This document shows positions 22,859 to 33,440 of a DNA stretch of 34,211 bases, in pieces. The notes beneath the pieces were generated by a model. The model saw only the letters and a program-made list of their open reading frames with translations, was not told the DNA's origin and did not search any database. The stretch comes from Octopus bimaculoides (Eukaryota). Both the position numbers and the translations under genes were made by a program. The number at the start of each line of letters is the position of its first letter. The first letter of the stretch is position 1. The DNA lies in contig NC_068990.1 of NCBI RefSeq assembly GCF_001194135.2, positions 25,977,760 to 26,011,970 on the forward strand, given 5' to 3'.

Positions 22859-22904
22859 AACACAACGTTTCAGCTGATATACCCTCCAGCCTTCATCAGG
22901 TGTC
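22859..22904 (-). ncRNA. Minimal type I hammerhead ribozyme motif (family H1), best-preserved copy
   Basis: GACAC-CUGAUGA-AGGCUG[gaggguauau]CAGCU-GAAACGUU^GUGUU. Full catalytic core, 5-bp stem I, stem II GCUG/CAGC plus G.U, palindromic AACGUU stem III. Predicted cut between 22864 and 22863. Confidence 0.7.
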
Positions 22905-22961
22905 TTGGGGAAATTTCGAACTTGGGTTCTCATTCCTAAGGTATTTTTTGACCTGAATAAT

Positions 22962-23002
<41 letters not shown>

Positions 23003-23051
23003 CATCGAAAAATACCTTAGAAATGAGAACCCAAGTTCAAAATTTCCCCAA

Positions 23052-23094
23052 GACACCTGAAGAAGGCTGGAGGGTATATCAGCTGAAACGTGTT
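23052..23094 (+). ncRNA. H1 hammerhead motif, probably inactive (2-nt deletion at the cleavage site)
   Basis: CUGAAGA core retained; GAAACGUUGUGUU has become GAAACGUGUU. Confidence 0.45.
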
Positions 23095-23719
23095 AGCAAC
23101 AAACAAGATGAGGACAAATATCCATCAAATGTAAATAATGTAAATAATGTACATAATTCCTCATCTCTTAAATATAGAACAGAAGTAATATTAGTTCCAA
23201 AAAGCAATCTTTACGTCTTACTTAACATGGACATACTGTAAGAATGCCACAATACTGTGGTTTTTGTGTTGGAAAGCATCTCATATCGATATATGAAATT
23301 GCCCAGTCAGGTATTTGAAACTACAATCTTACAATCATGAATCCAATACCCTAACCACTATGCTACATGCTTCCATGCACACTTACACATGTGTGTGTGT
23401 ATGTGTGTATGTATGTGTGTGTGTGTATTGAGCCAGAAACACATGTCCAAGACTGTCCACTTACTTCCAGACAATAAGCCTGTCTTTTACCTTAATGCCT
23501 TGTCAACTTTAGAGTATTCTTGAATCTCAAGATTATCTTCCATTCTGAAGTGGAGACGGTCTTAATTACCAAATAGTAATTATGATACATCCTCCAGAGG
23601 CGAGAATAATTTTAATAAATCAATAATTTATGTTGTATGGTTATTTCATATTGTCTATGTTGCTCAAATACACTGACTTATTTCTCTCACCTCATTTTTG
23701 TTTATATATCATCATCATC

Positions 23720-23840
23720 ATCAGGTGTGGTTGTCTGATAAGAAGCTTGCTTCCCAGCTACATGGTTCTTGTTTCAGTCCTACTGTGTGACACCTTGGGC
23801 AAGTGTCTTCTACTTATAGCCTTGGGCCGATCAAATGAAT
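23720..23840 (+). mobile_element. SINE S1 5' fragment
   Basis: 'gtttcagtcctactgtgtgacaccttgggcaagtgtcttctacttatagccttgggccga'. Confidence 0.75.
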
Positions 23841-24468
23841 GAAATATATATTTATGTATAGTTGAAATTTACAGAAAAAGAAAAGACTAAGACAGGTGTA
23901 TGAACAACAAACAGGTGTGTTAGTTTGACATATATACCTTATATAAACAGGGTACATTTAGCTATTTCTCTATAGATTGAAAAAGTTTTGAACCATATTG
24001 GGTTTTTATCAAAAGCATCTACGACAATTTGACCATTCCCAAAGAGACAGGCAGCCAATCTCTGTGTATATAATCAACAATTATACAAGCTACAGAAAAC
24101 TGGAAAAACTAATTTGCATAATGTGTATGTGATTAACACTTTATTTAATGTCAGGGGCCTGTATGTATGTGTGTGTGTGTATATATGTGTGTGCATGTCC
24201 ATATGCACAAATACATATACATATATACAAATACATAAATAAATATGTGTGTGTATTCATATAAACATACACATGCACACACACATGCACACAGAGATGT
24301 ATAAGGAAAATTCTGTCTCATTAAACACCAATCTGGAACCAAACTATAAAATCAAATCTCAGCCATGAACCAAAGAAACATTATTAAAATGAGAAAATAT
24401 GGAAAAAGTAAAAGAAAATGAAGACCAATTCTTGCTTTTATTTTATTTTTATACTTTTATTTTTCCAG

Positions 24469-24565
24469 TCTAGAATTTAGTATGAAATTCATAACTTGGA
24501 GAAAAATGGTTTTGAATATTGATAGAATTATCAAGAGTTCTAGTATTTTTAGTAATAATGCCAAG
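24469..24565 (+). CDS. Candidate internal exon (LEFSMKFITWRKMVLNIDRIIKSSSIFSNNAK)
   Basis: Strong acceptor 'ttttatacttttatttttccag|T' and donor 'CAAG|gtatct'. 97 nt open only in phase 2-0, matching the end phase of 20306-20535. Confidence 0.4.
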
Positions 24566-24799
24566 GTATCTAAAAATAATAATGGTAATGTAATTGTTAA
24601 GAGTTATGAATTGTGACAGTTACTGGTGGTGTTCTTGATAGAATTGGTAGATAACTGAAGTCTTGGAGATGGTTTTATTAATGGAAGAAATAATTAATAG
24701 TTAAAAGTTTGGAAATTTTAGTATAAGTTCTTAAGCTGAAGACAAATATTGGAACCACCGTTTCAAACAAATACTTCATTTATTTATTTGTTTTTATTT

Positions 24800-24990
24800 T
24801 TTACTCGCTTTAATCAGTGACCTGTGGCCATGCTGGGGCATCACCTTGAAGGATCTTAGTCAAACTATTTGACTTCAATATTTAACTTTTTTTATATATA
24901 GTACTTTTACAGTTGGTCTCCTTTTCTGCAACTGCTGAGTTATGGGGATGTAAACAAAGCAACACTGGTTATCAAGTGGTGGTGGTGCTA
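24800..24990 (-). mobile_element. SINE S1-like 3' half variant
   Basis: 'ttactcgctttaatcagtgacctgtggccatgctggggcatcaccttg...gctgagttatggggatgtaaacaaagcaacactggttatcaagtgg'. Confidence 0.75.
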
Positions 24991-25024
24991 GGGTCAAACA
25001 CACTCATACATCTAAATATAAAAC

Positions 25025-25343
25025 TGGCAATCCATCAGTTATGACGATGAGGGTTCCAGTTGATCAACGGAACAGCCTGTCTGTGAAATTAACGTGCAAG
25101 TGGCTGAGTACTCCTCAGACATGTGTACCCTTAACATAGTTACCAGGGAGATTCAGCATGACACAGAATGTGACAAGGCTTGCCCCTTTGAATTACAGGT
25201 ACAACTGATTTTTTCCAGTTGAGTGAACTGGAGCAATGTGAAATAAAGTGTCTTGCTCAAAGATACAACATGCCACAGAGTATTGAACCCATGACCTTAT
25301 GACTGTGAGCCAAATAGCCTAACCACTAAGCCATGTGCCTTCA
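25025..25343 (-). mobile_element. tRNA-headed SINE family S3, near full length
   Basis: Minus strand begins 'gaaggcacatggcttagtggttaggctatttggctcacagtc...ggttcaatactc' (A and B boxes); body matches 890-1115. Confidence 0.85.
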
Positions 25344-25404
25344 TACATACATACATACATACATACATACATACATACAAACACATAAACACATGATGAG
25401 GCTT

Positions 25405-25505
25405 CCACACAATTTCCATCTACCAAAGCCACTGACAAGACATTGGTTGGCCTGTGGCTGTAGAAGACACTTGTCCAGGGTGCCGTGCAATGAGATTGAA
25501 CCCAA
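25405..25505 (-). mobile_element. SINE S1 5' fragment
   Basis: 'tttccatctaccaaagccactgacaag...ggctgtagaagacacttgtccagggtgccgtgca'. Confidence 0.7.
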
Positions 25506-26076
25506 AGCCAATTGATTCCAAAGTGAGCTCAGAGAGAAACATTAAATTCTTTCCCTCTTTCACTACTTCAATATTATTCTTTCAGTCGTTGTTTTTCTTT
25601 CCTTCAATTTTCTATTCCATACCATTTCCTCCATTTCTTTTTCCTTTCTTTCCTTTTTTGCAGGGAAATTAACATCCGAAAGCCTTTTCCCGATTCCTCA
25701 GAGTGCGTTGCTTGGAGATTCAGGAGTTTCTTCAGGTTGAGCTGTTATCTTTCCAGACTGAGAGGTCACAGCTCTGGTACCAGGGAAATGGAATTAGAAT
25801 GTCTGGAAAACTGATTTTCAATCTGAGCCAACTGGCAGAAGACCTATGGCTAGCCAAGAATGATTTGGTTGGATAATTTCCAAGGCTTCTGTGGGTTATG
25901 CTTAGGAATAGCTGCTTCTGACAGGACTCTATGGAGGGGGTACCTGAGAACTCTATCCCCATCCAGCAGTACAAAACAGGCCAAAACAGGCTAAAACAGA
26001 CAAATGGATCCCAGTGCAGCCCTCTGACTTGTTAGCTTCTGTCAAACCATTCAGCTCATGCCAGCATGGAAAATGG

Positions 26077-26122
<46 letters not shown>

Positions 26123-27211
26123 ACCTTTGATTTAACCTTTAACTTGACATCACATGATGATTGTAAACAAGCATCACCTTCATACAAGCGGTGTTTGTTT
26201 GTTTCCAGTCTTCCCTGAAAAATGTCTGGCCATGTGGAAGTATTACTTTGCTTGGCGATGGGAAGAACATTAGGCCATAGAAAATCAACCTCAACAAATT
26301 CCATCCGACTCATGAAGGTATGGAAAAGCAGACATTAAACGATAATGATGATGATAATGATGAGGATTTTAATTTTATCGAAAAATGGGATGAGTAAATC
26401 CACCCAGTTTGCTTTGGACAGTGAATGGGTTAATTTCATTTATAAAACTTTGGTTAAACTGAGGATATGGTCCAAAGCACTCATTCAAGGTACCAATGCA
26501 GCTAGAATAAATTGCTCTGTAACCATTTCTACAGCAAGAATGTTTTAGATTTCTAGTTTTAGTTAAATCCTATTAACATTTTATTTGAAGATTCATTAGG
26601 TAAGTTTTATTTTTGGTTTCATTGTTGCATGTTGGAACCGTTGTAAGAAAGAAAGAAAGAGAGAGAGGGGGGAGGGAGATGATGGCAGTAGACTAAAGTA
26701 GCATGCAATATATTCTATAGAACCAGGAATGTGTTGTAGGAAAGGAAAACCATGTTATTCAATGAATTCAAATCAGATTTGAACAAAGCAGAATTATTGC
26801 TTAGCATTTAATCTTGTGTCATTTAGAGTTGGTGGTGCTGGCAGGAGAAGAGAACAGTACGAAAAGTAAAAAAAAAAAAAGAAATATTAAAAAAAAAACG
26901 TAAGAAAAAGCCTCTCCCCCTCCAAAAAAAAATCAAGAAATAAATAAAAGAAAGCTCCCTCCCCCCACCCATCCCTGCATGATTATAACTGGAATATATG
27001 CGAGTTGGATAGATTTAACATTCTTCTAAGTTTCATACCTTATGAATAACATTAAATAAAAGATTAAGAATAGCGAGGCATATACTTGGATATGTGTGTG
27101 TGTGTGTATGTGCATGAGAGAGAGAGAGAGAGAGAGAGAGAGTGTGTGTGTGTGTGTGTACACATGAATATATATGTGTATATGTATGTGTGTGTGTGTG
27201 TGTGTGTGTGC

Positions 27212-27253
<42 letters not shown>

Positions 27254-27909
27254 ATATGTATGTATTTATTATGTGTGTGTTTGTGTGTATGTGTGTATGG
27301 TTGTCTGCAAACAAAAGAAGTTCTTTCATTCAAGCTACACAAATTACCAGTTCCACATGCAAGCAAATTCCGAAGAATTTGCCGAGAGAAACTTCCTCCA
27401 CAACCTTCTTCTCATACAATAAAGCAGCCATATTTTGTCTTGTGAACATGAATGCATATAATCTTCAATCATGACTTCAACATGCTCCTAATTCTAATCC
27501 TTGAAATGGTTTAAGCCAACGAGGAATTTGTTGTTGCTGTGTTGTTGTTGTTTAACCCCTGGTCCATGATCAAAGCCATCACTATAGTAGATCTACGACA
27601 ATGTTGCCTAATGTGTTCTTCCAGATTTAAGATGGTTGTTTGGAATCTGAGGGTGATTGCAACTATTTCAACCAACCATATAATGGTAATCTTTATATTG
27701 TACTTAAAATCAGTGTATTATAAAGCACTATAATATTGCAGTATTCACTCAGAGAAAGTCTCAGGAGTATTTGTAGCAGATCCCATGATTTCGACATTTT
27801 GTACTTCATCAGTAACAGGCATCTGATAACACTGCATGCTGGCCAACTTTCCCTTCCACTGATGTATAGAGAACCAGTGATAGTCAGTTGATGGTGTTAC
27901 TAAGAATTA

Positions 27910-28247
27910 GTGTAAAAAGCACCATCCAAACATGGTCAATGCCAGTCACCCCACCCAATTGGCTCCTGCTCCGGTGGCACGTAAAAAGCACCATCTGAAC
28001 ATGGTCGATGCCAGTGCTGCCTGACTATCCCTCATGTTGGTGGCACATAAAAAGCACCCACTACACTCTCGGAGTGGTTGGCATTAGGAAGGGCATCCAG
28101 TTGTAGAAATACTGCCAGATCAGATTGGAGCTTGGTGCAGCCTTCTGGCTTGCCAGTCCTCAGTCAAACCGTCCAACCCATGCCAGCATGGAAAACGGAC
28201 ATTAAACAACGACGATGATGGCAATGATGATGATGATGATGATGATG
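27910..28247 (+). mobile_element. SINE-like S2 with duplicated head unit
   Basis: 'aaaaagcaccatc..aacatggtc.atgccagt' occurs twice, then the S2 body and (GAT)n tail. An inverted S2-like piece follows at about 28250-28450. Confidence 0.85.
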
Positions 28248-28517
28248 TCTGTTTCCGTTTTGCATATATCAGGAAAAGTTGTTGGGGCAAATTTTCTATG
28301 GCTGGATTCTCTTTATGTTGCCAGCCCTCCCCTATTTCCAAGCAAGATAATATTTTTTACCATGTCTAGATATGTTTCCACAGAATATTAGAAATGACAA
28401 CTACACTGCTTGTATGACTGTGGGACTTGTTTACAACTATCACATAAAGTCAAGACAAGGAGTCACAAATGCCCTGCCCCACATCATGCACACAATACAC
28501 TTACACAAACATATATA

Positions 28518-28735
28518 CGAAGGGGTGCTGAAAAGTTCCTGGCTTTAGGTAAAAGAAAATAAAGAAGGATCAGTTAATTATGATTTTATTCAACATATTC
28601 CCCTCTCAGATTTGCATGTTTATTGCACTAGTCTTTCAGTTTTTCTAAGCCCTGTAAAAAAACACAGAAGGTTGGGCCTCCAACAAGGCCTTTCTGTGGT
28701 ATCCTTAAAGCCAGGAACCTATCATCACCCCCTTA
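28518..28735. mobile_element. Tc1/mariner-type MITE with about 30-bp imperfect TIRs and TA target duplication
   Basis: TA|cgaaggggtgctgaaaagttcctggcttta ... taaagccaggaacctatcatcaccccctta|TA. Confidence 0.8.
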
Positions 28736-28980
28736 TACACACACACACACACACATATATATATACACACATATAAATTTCTAATCTCCTTACTCATCTA
28801 TAGAGGGAAAGTCTCTAAGAGCTCTTTTACTTATATTTTCAAATAACTGTTATAGCCTTTAGTTATAGTTAATACCTAACTGGACCCGCATCTCTTTTTC
28901 TCATAAGGAAAAATATGAATCTCCCAGATTTTATTCTGCTATTTCCTTTCTCAAGTCCTTTGTAAAAATGTTGTTTATAC

Positions 28981-29097
28981 TTCTTGCACTGACGAGTACA
29001 TTGATATATAATTAATTTAATAAATTTAATTTAATTCAATTCAACCACGAATTTACATAATTTTTATATCTCTGTAGAAAACGATCGTCTGCATGAA
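28981..29097 (+). ncRNA. Type I hammerhead-like motif (family H3) with long AT-rich stem II; junction before GAAA altered
   Basis: UUCUUGCA-CUGACGA-GUACAUUGAUAUA...UAUAUCUCUGUA-GAAAACGAUCGUC^UGCAUGAA. Stem I pairs 7/8, stem III is the palindrome ACGAUCGU, GUC triplet. Canonical GUAC-GAAAC is seen as GUAGAAAAC. Confidence 0.5.
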
Positions 29098-29298
29098 TTA
29101 AAATTCTCTTATATATCCTAACATCTTCTCTTCTCCATTTTTAACAGAATTGTTGAGTTTTGTAGGATTTCTTTCCATAAATTCACAATACATCATATAC
29201 AAGTATTTTTTTCATATTCGCAAATTTAATGCCTGTAAATTACGAGCAAAATATGAAGAACCGATATTCGAAATCTTTTTTGGAACCCTTCAAATTAA

Positions 29299-29457
29299 AG
29301 GACAGTGGCTGTGTGGTAAGTAGCTTGCTTACCAACCACATGGTTCCGGGTTCAGTCCCACTGCGTGGCACCTGGGGCAAGTATCTTCTACTATAGCCTT
29401 GGGCCGACCAAAGCCTTGTGAGTGGATTTGGTAGACGGAAACTGAAAGAAGCCCGTC

Positions 29458-29508
<51 letters not shown>

Positions 29509-29718
29509 TTTGTGTGTCTGTGTTTGTCCCCCCAACATCGCTTGACAACTGATGGTGGTGTGTTTACGTCCCCGTAACTTAGTGGTTCAGCAAAAGAGAC
29601 CGATAGAATAAGTACTAGGCTTACGAAGAATAAGTCCTGGGGTCGATTTACTCGACTAAAGGCAGTGCTCCAGCATGGCAACAGTCAAATGACTGAAACA
29701 AGTAAAAGAGTAAAAGAG
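29299..29718 (+). mobile_element. Full-length tRNA-headed SINE S1 with internal (TA)n/(TG)n
   Basis: A box-like 'tggctgtgtgg', B box 'gggttcagtccc', body, (TA)n at about 29458-29505, 3' half ending 'aagtaaaagagtaaaagag'. Confidence 0.9.
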
Positions 29719-30224
29719 AGAGATATATACATGCATACACACACTACAAGTGTGGTGCCCCAAGCGTGGTCCATTATTACAAGATATTCTGTCCCAGAAT
29801 CCCTTTTACTAATAAATTCAGTGTGTTATGAACAGAAGTATTTGTTATAAAGGGAAAAGTATTCTCTTGTGATTAAACTCAGCAATGATAAACATATTCC
29901 TGCAACAAATCTGCCAGAATATATTTAGAATACATAAGTAAATCATTAATTCATTTATTTGTTCTTTAAAAGCAGGGACTTGATCCTTATAACCACAATG
30001 AGTAAACCATTGGGTGTTGGCCGTTGCCACAGAATAAAACATCTCATATTTAAACAATGTATATTTCTTCTTCTTATTATTATTGTTTCATAAATAACTT
30101 ATCTGTATGACAAGACATTGTGTTGTTGGAAGTTTCTGGTAACATGGAGCTACGTAATTCAATGTTGGGTTTTGTTTAAAAAAACAGGAAGAATGGTGGC
30201 TCTGTGTATACATACATACATACA

Positions 30225-30292
<68 letters not shown>

Positions 30293-30624
30293 NNNNNNNN
30301 NNNNNNNNNNNNNNNNNNNNNNNNNNNNNNNNNNNNNNNNNNNNNNNNNNNNNNNNNNNNNNNNNNNNNNNNNNNNNNNNNNNNNNNNNNNNNNNNNNNN
30401 NNNNNNNNNNNNNNNNNNNNNNNNNNNNNNNNNNNNNNNNNNNNNNNNNNNNNNNNNNNNNNNNNNNNNNNNNNNNNNNNNNNNNNNNNNNNNNNNNNNN
30501 NNNNNNNNNNNNNNNNNNNNNNNNNNNNNNNNNNNNNNNNNNNNNNNNNNNNNNNNNNNNNNNNNNNNNNNNNNNNNNNNNNNNNNNNNNNNNNNNNNNN
30601 NNNNNNNNNNNNNNNNNNNNNNNN

Positions 30625-30668
<44 letters not shown>

Positions 30669-31224
30669 AAGACAGATCCCTGATATAAGAAGTTCTCTGG
30701 CCATTACCAGTGAACAACACTCGTAGAACCCAATAGAATTCTAAAAGCAGGAATAAGTCAGAAATATCCTGACCTTTAAGGCCGTTTCTTTGGAGTGGAC
30801 ACTTCCTAGAGTGGTTCTTCTTAACAATCTCTTTCACTAACAAAAGAAACCTAAGATAATTTGAAGTGGAGTGGTTGCAAGGATGCTAGGGATGTGGGGT
30901 TGAGACGGATGTAAACCTACGTGGCCATTGGTGTTGTCTTTTGTTTGTTTTCTATGTTTGTGTATTGTTTGTTTGATTTCATTATTGTGTATATTTCTAT
31001 GTGTCTGTGTGTCGGTGTGTGTATGTGTATGAGAGCATGTTTGCATGTATGGTAATTATATTATGAATGTGTGTGAATTGTGCTGTGTGTGTGTGTATGC
31101 ATGCGTAGTAATTACGTATGAATGTGTGTATGCATGTGTTTGTGTGTGTACATGTGTTTATATCTGTGTGCACAAGTGTTTGTATTGTACTGTATGCATA
31201 TGTATTTGTGAGAGCGTGTGCAAG

Positions 31225-31385
31225 TGCAGGAGTGGCTGTGTGGTAAGAAACTTGCTTCCCATCCCAATGGCTCTGGGTTCAGTTCCACTGCATGGCACCT
31301 TAGGCAAGTGTCTTCTACTATAGCCTCAGGTGGACCAAAGCCTTGTGAGTGGATTTGGTAGACAGAAACTGTAAGAAGCCTGTCA
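31225..31385 (+). mobile_element. SINE S1 5' half
   Basis: 'gcaggagtggctgtgtggtaag...gggttcagttccactgcatggcaccttaggcaagtgtcttctactatagcc'. Confidence 0.85.
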
Positions 31386-32534
31386 TACATACGTATATAT
31401 AAAAGAGTGTATGTATTTATACACAAAAGAGGTGACCTTTAACAAGACACCTTACATGCTAGAAAGGGCAGTTAAAGCCCAAACCACGAATAAGAGTAAT
31501 TTCAAAGGGAATGAAAAATAAAAATACTTTTATAGTTACCCTTAGACTCGAGTTTCTGCATCAATGTGCAAATAAAATAATTTGTNNNNNNNNNNNNNNN
31601 NNNNNNNNNNNNNNNNNNNNNNNNNNNNNNNNNNNNNNNNNNNNNNNNNNNNNNNNNNNNNNNNNNNNNNNNNNNNNNNNNNNNNNNNNNNNNNNNNNNN
31701 NNNNNNNNNNNNNNNNNNNNNNNNNNNNNNNNNNNNNNNNNNNNNNNNNNNNNNNNNNNNNNNNNNNNNNNNNNNNNNNNNNNNNNNNNNNNNNNNNNNN
31801 NNNNNNNNNNNNNNNNNNNNNNNNNNNNNNNNNNNNNNNNNNNNNNNNNNNNNNNNNNNNNNNNNNNNNNNNNNNNNNNNNNNNNNNNNNNNNNNNNNNN
31901 NNNNNNNNNNNNNNNNNNNNNNNNNNNNNNNNNNNNNNNNNNNNNNNNNNNNNNNNNNNNNNNNNNNNNNNNNNNNNNNNNNNNNNNNNNNNNNNNNNNN
32001 NNNNNNNNNNNNNNNNNNNNNNNNNNNNNNNNNNNNNNNNNNNNNNNNNNNNNNNNNNNNNNNNNNNNNNNNNNNNNNNNNNNNNNNNNNNNNNNNNNNN
32101 NNNNNNNNNNNNNNNNNNNNNNNNNNNNNNNNNNNNNNNNNNNNNNNNNNNNNNNNNNNNNNNNNNNNNNNNNNNNNNNNNNNNNNNNNNNNNNNNNNNN
32201 NNNNNNNNNNNNNNNNNNNNNNNNNNNNNNNNNNNNNNNNNNNNNNNNNNNNNNNNNNNNNNNNNNNNNNNNNNNNNNNNNNNNNNNNNNNNNNNNNNNN
32301 NNNNNNNNNNNNNNNNNNNNNNNNNNNNNNNNNNNNNNNNNNNNNNNNNNNNNNNNNNNNNNNNNNNNNNNNNNNNNNNNNNNNNNNNNNNNNNNNNNNN
32401 NNNNNNNNNNNNNNNNNNNNNNNNNNNNNNNNNNNNNNNNNNNNNATATATATTGCAGCATGGAAGGTGTTTGTTTCAGCACACGATATCAGATCAAGTC
32501 ACTTGCTATGCAAGTACATCTCTGTATATGTATT

Positions 32535-32735
32535 TGTGTGTCTGTGTTTGTCCCCCTACCATCACTTGATAACTAATGTTGGTGTGTTTACATCCCCATA
32601 ACTTAGCAGTTCAGCAAAAGAGACTGATAGAATAAGTACTAGGCTTACAAAGAATAAGTCCTGGGGTCGATTTGCTTGACTAAAGGTGGTGCTCCAGCAT
32701 GGCCACATTCAAATGACTGAAACAAGTAAAAGAAT
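32535..32735 (+). mobile_element. SINE S1 3' half
   Basis: Matches 29510-29718. Confidence 0.85.
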
Positions 32736-32744
32736 ATAAGCATA

Positions 32745-33440
32745 TGTATGGTAATTCCTTATAAGTGTGTGTGTGTTCATGTGCGTGTGCATGTGTGTGT
32801 GTATATGTGTATGGTAATTATGAATGCATATGTGTGTTTATATATTTGTGTGCATATCTCAATACGTGTGAGTGTGTTTGTGCACACAAACATGCATATG
32901 TGTCTGTACATGTATGTAGTATACATACTAGTGTGTGTGTGTGCGTGTGTGTGTGTGCGTGTGTGTGTGTTGGACTCTGTGTTTTTAATGTGTTTATGTA
33001 CCTGGATCTATATGTGTGGTTGCTTATATGCGGCTGGCTTATATATGAACGTGCATACACACAAGCACATGTACGCATGTTTGTGTGTATGTACATGTAC
33101 ATACATGTGACATGCTTACAGGTGTGTGTGTGTGTGTGTGTATGGTACATGTTTTTAATGCGTTTGTATGTATGCATCAGTATGCGTGAGTCAGTTTCTG
33201 TATGTGTGTATGCTTGTATATGAGTATACAAGTGTGTGTTCACAAAGTTATACTGACAAATGCTCACACACATACACATGTTTCTGCATACACACACACA
33301 CAAATATAAACCAGATGCATATAAGCATACACACGCACGCACACACATACACATACAGACGTACACATGAAAACCTATACAAATGGCTGCCTGCGTGTAT
33401 GTGTGTGGTCATGTGTCAGCACATGTGCAACGCGTGTGGC
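32745..33440. repeat. Degenerate (TG/CA/TA)n compound microsatellite field. Similar fields at 1550-2440, 7090-7300, 12080-12980, 13570-14050, 17830-18660, 27090-27300 and 31000-31220
   Basis: Direct inspection; source of the V/C/Y/M and H/T/I/Y pseudo-ORFs. Confidence 0.95.

Larger units (their letters stand above)
22811..23180. mobile_element. Inverted pair of Penelope-like terminal fragments around a (CAG)n spacer
   Basis: 22811-22950 is the reverse complement of 23006-23142. Twin MRTQV.NFPKTP.EGWRVYQLKR ORFs on opposite strands. Spacer of about 55 nt with a CAG/CAA run. Confidence 0.85.

Noticed and set aside
22964-23003. (CAG)n as a polyglutamine exon
   Set aside because: It is the spacer between inverted TE arms, with no splice sites or flanking coding frame.
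29299-29380. tRNA-like A/B boxes (also 5549, 25343 and others)
   Set aside because: These are SINE heads; no full cloverleaf or acceptor stem, so they are not tRNA genes.
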